DNA of 64,000 bases, taken from contig CAWEJX010000017.1 in assembly GCA_963809485.1 (NCBI GenBank), positions 32,001 to 96,000 on the forward strand, written 5' to 3'. The position numbers and the translations under genes were made by a program. This DNA comes from an uncultured Acidobacteriota bacterium (lineage in GTDB: Bacteria; Acidobacteriota; UBA6911). How positions within the stretch are numbered: position 1 is the stretch's first letter; every line of letters starts with the position of its first letter. The notes below the pieces were generated by a model. That model did not search any database, was not told where the DNA came from, and saw only the letters and a program-made list of their open reading frames with translations. Below, piece by piece: positions 49,289 through 58,358 of the stretch.

Positions 49289-49924
49289 ATGTTCTGGAAA
49301 CGCCTGCTCATGGGTCTGTCGCTAGCGTACGGATGGGCGGTTTTGCCCATGCATGCACAAAACCGCCAACAGGAAGACTGGAAATACAAAGTGGAGCTAT
49401 TTGGCGATGTGGCCCACGGCTGGTTCTGTCACGGCGATCATCGCCTGGGAGACGGCCTGGATTATGGCGGAGGGGTGGGCATCCGCCCGTTATCAGGCCG
49501 GCTGAAAGGCCTGGGATTTGAGGCGCGTATCCTGCATCTCACCGACAGTGAGTCGAGCCGCGCCATATCCTCGAGCCTGGACTCCCGTCTCATAGCCATG
49601 AACGTTCTCTATCATTTCCGAAGCGGCAAAAATGTTCAGCCATTTGTCCTGGCGGGAATAGGAAATGTAAAAGCAGAGAACAACTATAGCTGCACGGAGT
49701 GTGTCTATATGCCTGATCCCGCCACCGGTGAATTGGTATCGATACCCCAATATTATCATTCGAAGGAAAGCAAAACCGGGATCGTTCTGGGAGGAGGAAT
49801 CAAAATCGCTCTTCATCGGCATTTGTCGATCCGGCCGGAAGTCATTCTTGCGGATACAACACCAGGATCCGGCCCAAATTGGAGCTGGATCAGGATGCAG
49901 ATCGGCGTTGGAGTCCATTTTTGA
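49289..49924 (+). CDS. Outer-membrane beta-barrel protein
   Basis: Signal peptide, amphipathic strands, C-terminal 'GVGVHF'. Confidence 0.8.
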   Translation: MFWKRLLMGLSLAYGWAVLPMHAQNRQQEDWKYKVELFGDVAHGWFCHGDHRLGDGLDYGGGVGIRPLSGRLKGLGFEARILHLTDSESSRAISSSLDSRLIAMNVLYHFRSGKNVQPFVLAGIGNVKAENNYSCTECVYMPDPATGELVSIPQYYHSKESKTGIVLGGGIKIALHRHLSIRPEVILADTTPGSGPNWSWIRMQIGVGVHF

Positions 49925-50138
49925 ATCGATTTATTATGGGAGTTTTCAAATCCCGTCCCATAGCAGGCCGGTTTTTGCTTTCGACATCCCCGCCGGCCCT
50001 TCGTATAATAGGCAGCATTCCGGCAGGTCCGGAATGATCGAGCAGTGCGCAATATCCAGAATTGCAGGGAGATTCCCCTTTCCATTCGTGGAAATGAATT
50101 CCTGGTATTTATCTCTTAAATTCCCCTGGAGGCATGCA

Positions 50139-51074
50139 ATGAAACGACTCCTTCAACCGCTCTCATCCATGATGCTTTGCAGCCTAGGCGTCCTTCTTTT
50201 CTTCAACAACGCTTCTACCCGTGCTTTCGGCCAGATGCCGCCGGCCGAACCCGCTCCGGCGCCCAAGGCTGTCGCCATTGCGCGGCCTACAGCCGAAGAG
50301 GTTCAAATTGCCGAGCGCAGCCTGGCAAAGTTTCTTGAGACCGCGGATCCCGCCGTCAAGGTGATAAACGAAAAGTACCCCGGATTGATCTCCGTACGGG
50401 TTCCGCCGCCGAACTCCGCGATTTATCCAAACCTTCTCCCTTTCTTTCAAAGCAAGCATGAGGCTAATCTCGAAGTAGCCCAAAAGGGAGACATCGAGGT
50501 CCTGTTCATGGGCGATTCCATCACGGACTTCTGGCGCAACACAGAAGGCGTCTTCGCGGGCAAGCCGGTTCTTGACAAATATTTCGGCCACCTGAAGGTC
50601 GCCAACTTCGGCATCGCGGGGGATACGACCCAGGGTGTCCTGTACAGGCTTCAGCATGGCGAAGGCCAGGGCTTCAGCCCCAAAGCCGTAATGCTCATGA
50701 TCGGCACCAACAATACGCAACGCAACACAGCCGCGGAGATCGCCGAGGGAGTCGGCGCCGTGGTATTGGAGATGCAGAAGGATTTTCCCAAGGCGAAAAT
50801 TCTTCTCCTGGGAATATTTCCGCGCGGACCGGCACACGATCCGGTCCGGGAAACCATAGCCGAAATCAACAGCATTATCGCCAGGCTCCACGACGGCGAT
50901 CGTGTCCACTATCTTGATATCGGGTCAAAGTTCCTGGATGCAGAAGGAAACATACCCAAAGACGTCATGAGCGATGCGCTGCACCCCTCAACCCGGGGAT
51001 ATGAAATCTGGGCGGAAGCCGTCAAGGAACCGCTGGCAAATCTGTTAAAGGAAAACCCGGCTCCGGGAAAGTAG
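50139..51074 (+). CDS. Exported GDSL/SGNH hydrolase (PAF-acetylhydrolase-like)
   Basis: 'FMGDSIT', 'NFGIAGD', 'IGTNN', 'DALHP'. Confidence 0.9.
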   Translation: MKRLLQPLSSMMLCSLGVLLFFNNASTRAFGQMPPAEPAPAPKAVAIARPTAEEVQIAERSLAKFLETADPAVKVINEKYPGLISVRVPPPNSAIYPNLLPFFQSKHEANLEVAQKGDIEVLFMGDSITDFWRNTEGVFAGKPVLDKYFGHLKVANFGIAGDTTQGVLYRLQHGEGQGFSPKAVMLMIGTNNTQRNTAAEIAEGVGAVVLEMQKDFPKAKILLLGIFPRGPAHDPVRETIAEINSIIARLHDGDRVHYLDIGSKFLDAEGNIPKDVMSDALHPSTRGYEIWAEAVKEPLANLLKENPAPGK

Positions 51075-51139
51075 GGTCGCGTTCAGGCGAATTCTCCGGA
51101 CGCAATTATTCTGATCCGATACCGGCCGGGCCGCATCCT

Positions 51140-52018
51140 ATGGTTATGCGCCAAGCACTTCTTAAGCTGTCCTGCGCTCTTTTCATTTGCGCTCTGCCGG
51201 CCGCAGGCCTTTCCGCACGGCAGGATACCCAAGCCCGACCCGGTGAGGAGGGCGCGTACAGCTCACGATTTTTCGATCAACTGCGCAACATTTTCGGAAG
51301 GTTCCGCGATTCGGATCTTCAGCGCGTGTTCAAGGAGGCACAGCCGATCCAATGCTCCGAACTCGTAGGACGCAAAGGGGAGTGGCGGCCCGTTGCATTT
51401 TTTAACGAAGACCGCAGACTGGGCGACTGGTGCCGGGAAAACCTGGAGGAGGTGAAATCCGACCTGGCGCTGTATACCTTCAAAGGCGTCTGCAACGGAG
51501 ACCGGGGAACGGTCCAGGTATCGACAGAATTTCCGACTGCTGCAAGCATCGAGGCCTACATGCAGCAGAAAATCCCGTGGGACCAGGTCGATGTGACGGT
51601 AAACGATCCTGTGAAGGCCGTATTGGATCCGAAAACCATGGCCTATACATTCGATCTGCCCTACCTGTTTCTGACTCAACGAACCCCCGTGAATGTCTAC
51701 AGTTTCAATGCACCCGATCGAGATTCAGCCTATGCTGCCGATGTGGCAAGCCGCTGGGAATGTAAGACTGTATCTTCCGGGGATGTGACATACCGCTTCC
51801 TGATTTGCCGCACGGCGACCGTGCCTCGAGGCCTTGCCGCCGGGAAGGGGAAGTGGGAACCGTCATTCGGATCGTCCGCATTTTTTATTTTGTCGGACGG
51901 CACAGAGGCAAAAACCAGCGTAAACCTGACATTTGGCGATGACCCCTCCCCAAGCGAAAAATCGGCGGATCCGCCTCCCACCTCCCCCAACCGGCCGGTC
52001 CTGAAAAGAGAGCAGTAG
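51140..52018 (+). CDS. Exported hypothetical protein
   Basis: Signal peptide; 292-aa ORF with no family I recognise. Confidence 0.7.
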   Translation: MVMRQALLKLSCALFICALPAAGLSARQDTQARPGEEGAYSSRFFDQLRNIFGRFRDSDLQRVFKEAQPIQCSELVGRKGEWRPVAFFNEDRRLGDWCRENLEEVKSDLALYTFKGVCNGDRGTVQVSTEFPTAASIEAYMQQKIPWDQVDVTVNDPVKAVLDPKTMAYTFDLPYLFLTQRTPVNVYSFNAPDRDSAYAADVASRWECKTVSSGDVTYRFLICRTATVPRGLAAGKGKWEPSFGSSAFFILSDGTEAKTSVNLTFGDDPSPSEKSADPPPTSPNRPVLKREQ

Positions 52019-52075
52019 CGGAATCCTGTTTTGCAGATTCTTGAAGTCTCCGGACCCTGGAAGCCGATCCATTGG

Positions 52076-52103
52076 GAGATCCACCGGCTCTGCCGGAGGA
52101 TAC
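52076..52103 (+). mobile_element. Collapsed IS200-like end-junction scar
   Basis: GAGATCCACCGGCTCTGCCGGAGGATAC equals one end of the 54811-55093 element fused to the other through the shared CCGGCTCTGCCGG. Confidence 0.6.
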
Positions 52104-52266
52104 TCAATTAGACACCAGAGCGCGAAAGCACGGCTTTTCGGATCGAGCCGGTTTTCCTTCTTTTGCAAAGGGCTGGATCGGGTGATAATAAAATCGAGAG
52201 GAATCCGTCGGTGCCCGTTTCATCAGCCGGGCGCCCAATACAACCGCTAATTCCGGAGATAAAAAA

Positions 52267-52635
52267 ATGGCATTCTGCCCGAACTGCCGAACGGAATACA
52301 GGGATACCTTCACACGTTGCGTCGACTGCGGGGCGGAGCTGGTCGCGTCATTACCCGAGGAAGCTCCGCCCGAATCAGCCGTCGTTTCCTCGCAGGAACT
52401 GGTCGAGCTCGCCAGCTTCCCGAACTCCGCGGAAGCCGAGATGATCCGGGAACTGCTTGAAGACAATGGAATAAAGACTTTCCTGCGCGGGGACATCGTT
52501 CCGATCAGCGCGGCTCCCAGCACTCTCCTGGTTCAACAATCCGACCTGGAGGATGCCCGAAGCATCTACGAAGGATTCTTTGCCGGGCAACCGATAGAGG
52601 ACGAGTCAGAACAAGGGAATGACGAAGAGAAATAG
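52267..52635 (+). CDS. Zn-ribbon/DUF2007-like putative signal-transducing protein
   Basis: 'FCPNCRTEY...CVDCG..LV' followed by 'EAEMIRELLEDNGI'. Confidence 0.85.
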   Translation: MAFCPNCRTEYRDTFTRCVDCGAELVASLPEEAPPESAVVSSQELVELASFPNSAEAEMIRELLEDNGIKTFLRGDIVPISAAPSTLLVQQSDLEDARSIYEGFFAGQPIEDESEQGNDEEK

Positions 52636-52733
52636 GGGGCAGGCTGATATACATCTCGACCCCCGCAAGCCTGAGTCGTTTTGTCTCGATCAAATCCGGC
52701 TGCATTTCCATTCTCCTTTTTAAAAGTACGGGG

Positions 52734-54779
52734 TCAGGCACCCAATCTGGTCTTGCTTGCCATCGTGTCGGCGACTTTATTCAGGGACAATTCCTCCAGA
52801 GTTTTTCGGGTCGGCCATCCGGTATCGACATCCCATCCTTCCAGCTTGTAGAAATTGGTCTTGAACAGCTCGACTCCCGACTCATCCAGATACATGTCCA
52901 TCAACGGCTGCCAGCTCCATTTGCCGTTCTGGTAGACGGGCTCTCCGCCCGTGGGTGTTATCAGCGAAGCTCCCGGCATATGCATAAATGGAAAGAATTT
53001 TTCCTGATCCCGGTGCCTTCCCTGGAGCACACGGATCGCCCTCTCCAGGTTCCATATCTTCCTGCCGATCTCGATGGTATCCGCGAAACTGATTTTGTTT
53101 CCCGTCACGGCCTGATAATAGCGAATCTCCGAATCGGGAGTCGGGCCGCTGCAATCCGGGTTGGATGCGTTGATGAACAGAGGGAGGAGCATCTCGCAGA
53201 ACGCCATCGACTCGTTCCAGAATCCGGCGTAGCGACGGGACCAGGCCACCTGCTTGGCTTTATGCTCGGAATATATCCCGGTCTTCCTGGCATCTTCTCC
53301 CTGCCACGCATAGCTGAACATGAAAGGATCGCCTGTGTACGGGATCGTTTTGGCAGACATCAGTTCCAGGGCTTTTTCCAGGGTGTAGTTCTGTTTCGAC
53401 TCGCTCATGAGCCCGGCGTTCGGCCCGAGACTGAACCCGTGCCACACGACGTCACCGGCGCCCAGCAGAGACCCGTAAGCCCACTCGATGCCCGGAAGGG
53501 TCCAGTGGAAAACACTGCCCCAGGCCGGAAAGCGCAACGCACCCGAGTTCTTATCTTCGTCCAGTCTCCCCCATCTTTGAGCCGCTTCGAGGGCTCCTTC
53601 CGCGAGCGTATCCCCGATCCCGATGCGTTTGGCAACAACATTGCAGAAGTCCTCGCGGAAAATCAGGTCCGCCCACAGCTCCATGCGCAACGGGGAGGAG
53701 TCGATAGCTTTTCCCGGCCCCAGCACCCCCAGATCGTACAGATACTTTATGTACCAGCCCAGGCCGGGCGCATCCGGCACCTTTTTTTTGAACAGGGCGG
53801 GGGCTCCCGGGATGTCCAGCTGGAAAACACCTCCAAACTGGGCCCCCCACGTGCTCATCCCCCATTTGACGGCAATGTCCGCCGCCCTCATCGAATCCTT
53901 CACGTACCATTGGGCGTCCGCACACATCGATTCGCCGCCATAGAATGAGTTTCTTTTCCGGTCGTTGTTGAGGCAAGGCATGCATGAAGCGGTGCCGGCC
54001 TGAAGCGGGGCGGAACTCCTGCGGGCGTTTTGCATGTGCCAGAGCCTCGTATCCACAACAGCCTTAGGATCGGATGCCTGGATGCTGCCGGTCCCTGTGA
54101 CGCTGATTGCCTTCAGGTTTTTGGCGCCGAAAACCCCGCCATAGCCTCCGGTTCGGGCGGTGACGCCGCTGCCGTGAACCAGGATCCCCAGGTTCGAAAT
54201 CGCTTCGCCCACAGGTCCGATGCAGACGATCTGCGGCCGCGCCGTTGTGTAGCTCTCCCCGATCTGCTGCCATTCGTCGCCGAACCGGGTTCTGCCCGCC
54301 ACCATTGATGTGATCCTGTCTTGCGTTTCGTAGGTATTGAGCCCCCACAAGGACTTTGCATCCTCGATCGTGACCTTGTCGTTGATTATGTTGATCCAGA
54401 CCGGGCGGTCCGACTTGCCCTCCAGAACGATGCCGTCCCATCCGGCCAATTTCAGCATGGTGGCAAACCTGCCGCCGAAGTTCGCCCGATAGAAGCAGTG
54501 CGAGGGAAAAACCTCCGGGGATACGCCGCAGACGCTCGTTCTTCCGGCGCCCGGAACTCCCGTGGCCGCCAGCGGCCCGCTCATCAGGACAAGAACGCTT
54601 TGCGGATCATAGGCATTCTTCATATCCCAGCGGCCCGGTGCCACAGCCAGGTCCCAGAAGACAGCGGCGCCGATTCCAAAACCTCCGCCGAACTCTTCGT
54701 AAGCAGCAGTGTCGAGGGCGCCCGTCACCCTGGTGGTCAGATTCAGTCTCAAAATTTTACCGGCAAATCCGTTCGCCAT
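52734..54779 (-). CDS. Aldehyde:ferredoxin oxidoreductase family (W/Mo-pterin) protein 2
   Basis: 'GFAGKILRLNLT', 'FGGRFATMLKLAGWDGIVLEG', 'FGAKNLKAI', 'GWD..TGWPT..TLEEL'. Confidence 0.9.
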   Translation of the reverse strand: MANGFAGKILRLNLTTRVTGALDTAAYEEFGGGFGIGAAVFWDLAVAPGRWDMKNAYDPQSVLVLMSGPLAATGVPGAGRTSVCGVSPEVFPSHCFYRANFGGRFATMLKLAGWDGIVLEGKSDRPVWINIINDKVTIEDAKSLWGLNTYETQDRITSMVAGRTRFGDEWQQIGESYTTARPQIVCIGPVGEAISNLGILVHGSGVTARTGGYGGVFGAKNLKAISVTGTGSIQASDPKAVVDTRLWHMQNARRSSAPLQAGTASCMPCLNNDRKRNSFYGGESMCADAQWYVKDSMRAADIAVKWGMSTWGAQFGGVFQLDIPGAPALFKKKVPDAPGLGWYIKYLYDLGVLGPGKAIDSSPLRMELWADLIFREDFCNVVAKRIGIGDTLAEGALEAAQRWGRLDEDKNSGALRFPAWGSVFHWTLPGIEWAYGSLLGAGDVVWHGFSLGPNAGLMSESKQNYTLEKALELMSAKTIPYTGDPFMFSYAWQGEDARKTGIYSEHKAKQVAWSRRYAGFWNESMAFCEMLLPLFINASNPDCSGPTPDSEIRYYQAVTGNKISFADTIEIGRKIWNLERAIRVLQGRHRDQEKFFPFMHMPGASLITPTGGEPVYQNGKWSWQPLMDMYLDESGVELFKTNFYKLEGWDVDTGWPTRKTLEELSLNKVADTMASKTRLGA

Positions 54780-54810
54780 ATTTACCCCCGGGGGAAAAAT
54801 TCCATATCGC

Positions 54811-55093
54811 AGGTATCCTCCGGCAGAGCCGGAGGCTTTACGGTGCCAGGCCCCTCAAAGAGGCCTGATTGCATTTGACAAAAGATGAAAGAGGTTCCAT
54901 GCGCTATAGATGTTTTGGAACCGCAGAATGTCGAATAACGAATGATGAATCTCGAAGTGTGGCGCCAACTTCTGCGGTTCGATATTCGAAATTCGACATT
55001 CGATATTCCTCTTAGTTGCTGTCCGGACCTGGGAATATAAAAACCAGGGGTTGCCAAACTCGTACTGCCTCCCCGGCAGAGCCGGTGGATCTC
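54811..55093 (-). mobile_element. Non-autonomous IS200/IS605-like element
   Basis: Subterminal CCGGCTCTGCCGG hairpins in direct orientation at both ends, an extra hairpin AGGCCTCTTTGAGGGGCCT, no transposase; internal inverted heptamer arrays at 54919-55008. Confidence 0.55.
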
Positions 55094-55134
55094 GCAACAG
55101 ATCCGTAGGAGATTGCACAGCCTGTCCCCTCAAT

Positions 55135-57213
55135 TTAGCCCGGCTTGCCCTTGCTTTGCATGACATCGGCCACTCTCTTCAAGCCCATGTCCTCGAGCGT
55201 TTTTCTTGTCGGCCAGCCGTTGGCGGTGTTAAAGCCCTCGAAAGCATAGAACTTGGTCTTCCACTCCTCGAACCTGGCGCGATCCAGTTTCCGGCCCGAA
55301 CCGGTCTCGTAAGACCATTTTTGGGTCTTATCATCATACATGGGCAGGCGCTCTCCCCTGGAACCCTGCTCGTAGATATAATTCGGAAACACTTCCATAT
55401 CCCGGTGTCTGCCCTGTATCGTCCAGATCGCCCGGTCCAGGGTGAAGATCTTCCGCCCAATTTCCATACCGTCGGCGAATGTTATGTTCTTGCCGGTAAC
55501 GGCATTGAAAAATTTGGGCTCGGCCTCGGGCGTCGGCCCCTTGTAATCGGGGGTATTGTTGGTGAAGGACATGGGCCATCTCCAACCGCAAAAACCGTTG
55601 GAACCGATCCAGAACTTCTCGTAATGCTTGACCCAGGCGACCTGCTTGGCTTTATGTTCCGAGTAAATCCCGGTCGGCCCGTCGCTGTAATCAAGCATGA
55701 AGATGTCGCCTTCGTAGGGGATCATCGTATCTGCCGTCATCTGCGCTGCCTGCTCGGCCGTCAGGTACGGTTCTTTGCCCGCCATCCGGAAGGCTTCCGG
55801 CATCCAGTGGAGCGGATAATTGGCGATATTGTGCAGCATCAGATCCCTCTCGCCCATCAGCGAACCGAAGCCCCACTCGGACTCGACTCTGGGATCGTAA
55901 TGATCCGCGGTGCCCCAGTAAGCCAGATTCAGAGCGCCGCTGGCCAGATCTTCATCATAGATTCCCCATTTTTTCGCGGCTCTGGCAAGGCCCTCGGCCA
56001 GATCATTGCCGATTCCCTTACGGGTGCTGATCTGCCTCATGAGCATGTCCAAAAATCCCATCGTGCCGAACTGGTCCATGGGCAGATCGGTTTCGATCCG
56101 CTTTCCTTTGCCCAGGAGTCCCCTCTGGTAGAGGTTCTGCAAATAGCCCTGCATAGGCATAAAATGCCAATGGCCGAGGCCGTATTTCTGCATCAGATCG
56201 TTGCCCTGGCGGGTCAGCTTCAGGCTGGCGTTCTGAAGCCGGACGCCCGCGGTGCCGGCACAGACCGATTCATTGCTGTCCCCGCTGGCCAAACGCTGAC
56301 GACAGCCTCTGGGACAGGAAAAGCAGGACACTGCACGAGCAGGTACCAGCGGAATAGCATTCGCCCCGAAGTAGGGATTATTCGTTACGTTGGCACCGGC
56401 CGGGGAGCCGTTGATCCAGAAGAAGAATCCCCCTACCATGTCCTTCCTGCGTGGATCGTCCACGTCCCATAAAAACTGGCGGAACCAGGACCGGGCCTGC
56501 ATGAATGCCTTGGGATTTGCGATGGGAACGCTTCCCGTGCCGATGACGCTGATTGCCTTGAGATTTTTCGAACCAAAGACGCCTCCGAAACCTCCCAGCG
56601 CTGCTTGAGAACCGGGACCGTGCAGGAGGGCGCCCAGTCGGCTTTTGTTTTCGCCAGCCAGCCCGCAGCAGACCACGGCCGGAATCTGGGTCGTGGAGCT
56701 ATCGTCTACCTGAGCCCACTCGCCGTATTTCAGGTTGGGCATCACGCGCCGTGAGATTTCCTGCTGGGTATCCCACGTGTCCATCCCCCAAATCCCGTCG
56801 GCGCTTTCAATCTTGACCTTATCATTGACGATATTGATCCAGACGGGAGTGTCGGCCGCTCCTTCAACCACAATGCCGTCCCAGCCGGCATATTTCAACT
56901 GGGCCGTAAAGCGACCGCCGAAGTTGCTGTGGGCAAACCATTCAATGGGATACAGCATGGGCCCCAAACCCTGCACTTCGCACCGTCCGGAGCCCGGCAT
57001 GAAGGTGCCGGCAAATGGATGGGCCATCATGATGATGAGGTTCCGCGGATCGAATGCTTCAAACGGAAGCTGATCGCCGACCAGGTCGAAGAAAATGGCG
57101 GAGCCCATTCCATGGCCGCCGCCGAATTCCTCATACTTTTCCGTGGGAATGGTGCTGGTCGATTTGCCGGTCAGGTTCACCCTGAGAATCTTTCCCGTGT
57201 ATCCGCCCGTCAT
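55135..57213 (-). CDS. Aldehyde:ferredoxin oxidoreductase family (W/Mo-pterin) protein 1
   Basis: 'GYTGKILRVNLT', 'FGGRF..QLKYAGWDG', 'GSKNLKAI', 'CFSCPRGC'. Confidence 0.9.
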   Translation of the reverse strand: MTGGYTGKILRVNLTGKSTSTIPTEKYEEFGGGHGMGSAIFFDLVGDQLPFEAFDPRNLIIMMAHPFAGTFMPGSGRCEVQGLGPMLYPIEWFAHSNFGGRFTAQLKYAGWDGIVVEGAADTPVWINIVNDKVKIESADGIWGMDTWDTQQEISRRVMPNLKYGEWAQVDDSSTTQIPAVVCCGLAGENKSRLGALLHGPGSQAALGGFGGVFGSKNLKAISVIGTGSVPIANPKAFMQARSWFRQFLWDVDDPRRKDMVGGFFFWINGSPAGANVTNNPYFGANAIPLVPARAVSCFSCPRGCRQRLASGDSNESVCAGTAGVRLQNASLKLTRQGNDLMQKYGLGHWHFMPMQGYLQNLYQRGLLGKGKRIETDLPMDQFGTMGFLDMLMRQISTRKGIGNDLAEGLARAAKKWGIYDEDLASGALNLAYWGTADHYDPRVESEWGFGSLMGERDLMLHNIANYPLHWMPEAFRMAGKEPYLTAEQAAQMTADTMIPYEGDIFMLDYSDGPTGIYSEHKAKQVAWVKHYEKFWIGSNGFCGWRWPMSFTNNTPDYKGPTPEAEPKFFNAVTGKNITFADGMEIGRKIFTLDRAIWTIQGRHRDMEVFPNYIYEQGSRGERLPMYDDKTQKWSYETGSGRKLDRARFEEWKTKFYAFEGFNTANGWPTRKTLEDMGLKRVADVMQSKGKPG

Positions 57214-58043
57214 TACCGCACCTCCTGTTCCCTGGAGTCGGATTTCGGTTCCGGCTCATACGTAATCGGCTTCTGTTTCGCCTGAAGCGCGACTGCGGGC
57301 GGGACCGTGGTGCTGTTTTCCACCAGGCCCAGGTTCAGCCAGTGCTCATTCCTCAGGTTCACATCGTACCCCTCGGTCTCTGTCTGGACGGGAGTGGTTG
57401 AGACAAACCTGATAGCCTTCATCGGGCAGTTTTCCATGCAGGCCTGTTTGCCGCCGGGGCCGCCCTTCTCTTCCCAATACGGGGTGTCCAGACACAGATC
57501 GCATTTGGAGGATTTCTTTTCGATGTGGTTCCAGACCGTCCGGTGAGGCTGCTGGGGACACATTTTGATGCAGGTCTTGCAGCCGATGCACTTCTTACTG
57601 TCGATCCGCCGGACGTTGCCGTTTTCCGTATCCACAAAAGCGGCGCCGGTGGGGCAGTTCTGAACGCAAACCGGGGTCACACACTGCCGGCAGGGAGCCA
57701 TTTTGACATCATCAGGGAATTTGCCGAAGGAGTCCTGAATGATCTGGATGCGCGAAAGCGACAGGTTCTGCACTCCATAATGGACCAGCGAACAACTCAA
57801 CATGCAGGTAGCGCAGCCCGCGCATTTCTTGCTGTCATAAACCAGGTAACCTGTGGATTGGGGATAGGTAACCTTTTCGGCGGGTGGCGGTGATGCGCTT
57901 TCGGCAACGGCTGCTCCCGCCGGAGTTGCTGCTATCAATGCGTCTACGGCAACAACCGTTCCACCGGTGACCAGAAAATCTCTTCTTGATAACCTCCTTT
58001 TGGCGGCAGTTTCCTCAGTTTCAGCCTTTTTGGCTCCAGCCAT
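57213..58043 (-). CDS. Tat-exported 4x[4Fe-4S] subunit (DmsB/YdhY-like)
   Basis: GGAG RBS; 'LSRRDFL' Tat signal; CAGCATC..SC, CRQCVTPVCVQNCP, CIGCKTCIKMCP, KCDLC...CMENCP. Confidence 0.9.
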   Translation of the reverse strand: MAGAKKAETEETAAKRRLSRRDFLVTGGTVVAVDALIAATPAGAAVAESASPPPAEKVTYPQSTGYLVYDSKKCAGCATCMLSCSLVHYGVQNLSLSRIQIIQDSFGKFPDDVKMAPCRQCVTPVCVQNCPTGAAFVDTENGNVRRIDSKKCIGCKTCIKMCPQQPHRTVWNHIEKKSSKCDLCLDTPYWEEKGGPGGKQACMENCPMKAIRFVSTTPVQTETEGYDVNLRNEHWLNLGLVENSTTVPPAVALQAKQKPITYEPEPKSDSREQEVR

Positions 58044-58358
58044 ACGGCAACTCCTTCCCGGGGTATGGGTTTTGATACGCCTATTCACCGTGAATTCTAA
58101 CCCAGGTCGGGCAATGTAGCTCCTGAAATTTGCGTATCAAGAGGATAAAGTACAGCGTCCCTGGTTTCCGCACCGGGATCAAAGGATCCGTCTATGGAAA
58201 TCAATATCATTAACCGGGGACACTCATGATATAAACTAAGTTTGGCATCAGGCCATCTGGTCTTATTGGACAAATAAGATCAGGAAGTTGTCGCACGGCT
58301 GCACCCCATCGTAGCCAGTGGGAGACCGCAGCAGGGATTACCTTATGAGGAGATAGAA

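Noticed and set aside
55051-56472. Long antisense ORFs (this one; also 3165-4202, 47082-48152, 58803-59843)
   Set aside because: They are shadows of well-supported genes on the opposite strand in GC-rich DNA and show no motifs of their own.
58081-58345. Moco/Wco or c-di-GMP riboswitch upstream of the AOR operon
   Set aside because: Only a GGAAAC...AGGG fragment resembles such motifs; the full consensus could not be built by eye. An Infernal/Rfam scan would settle it.
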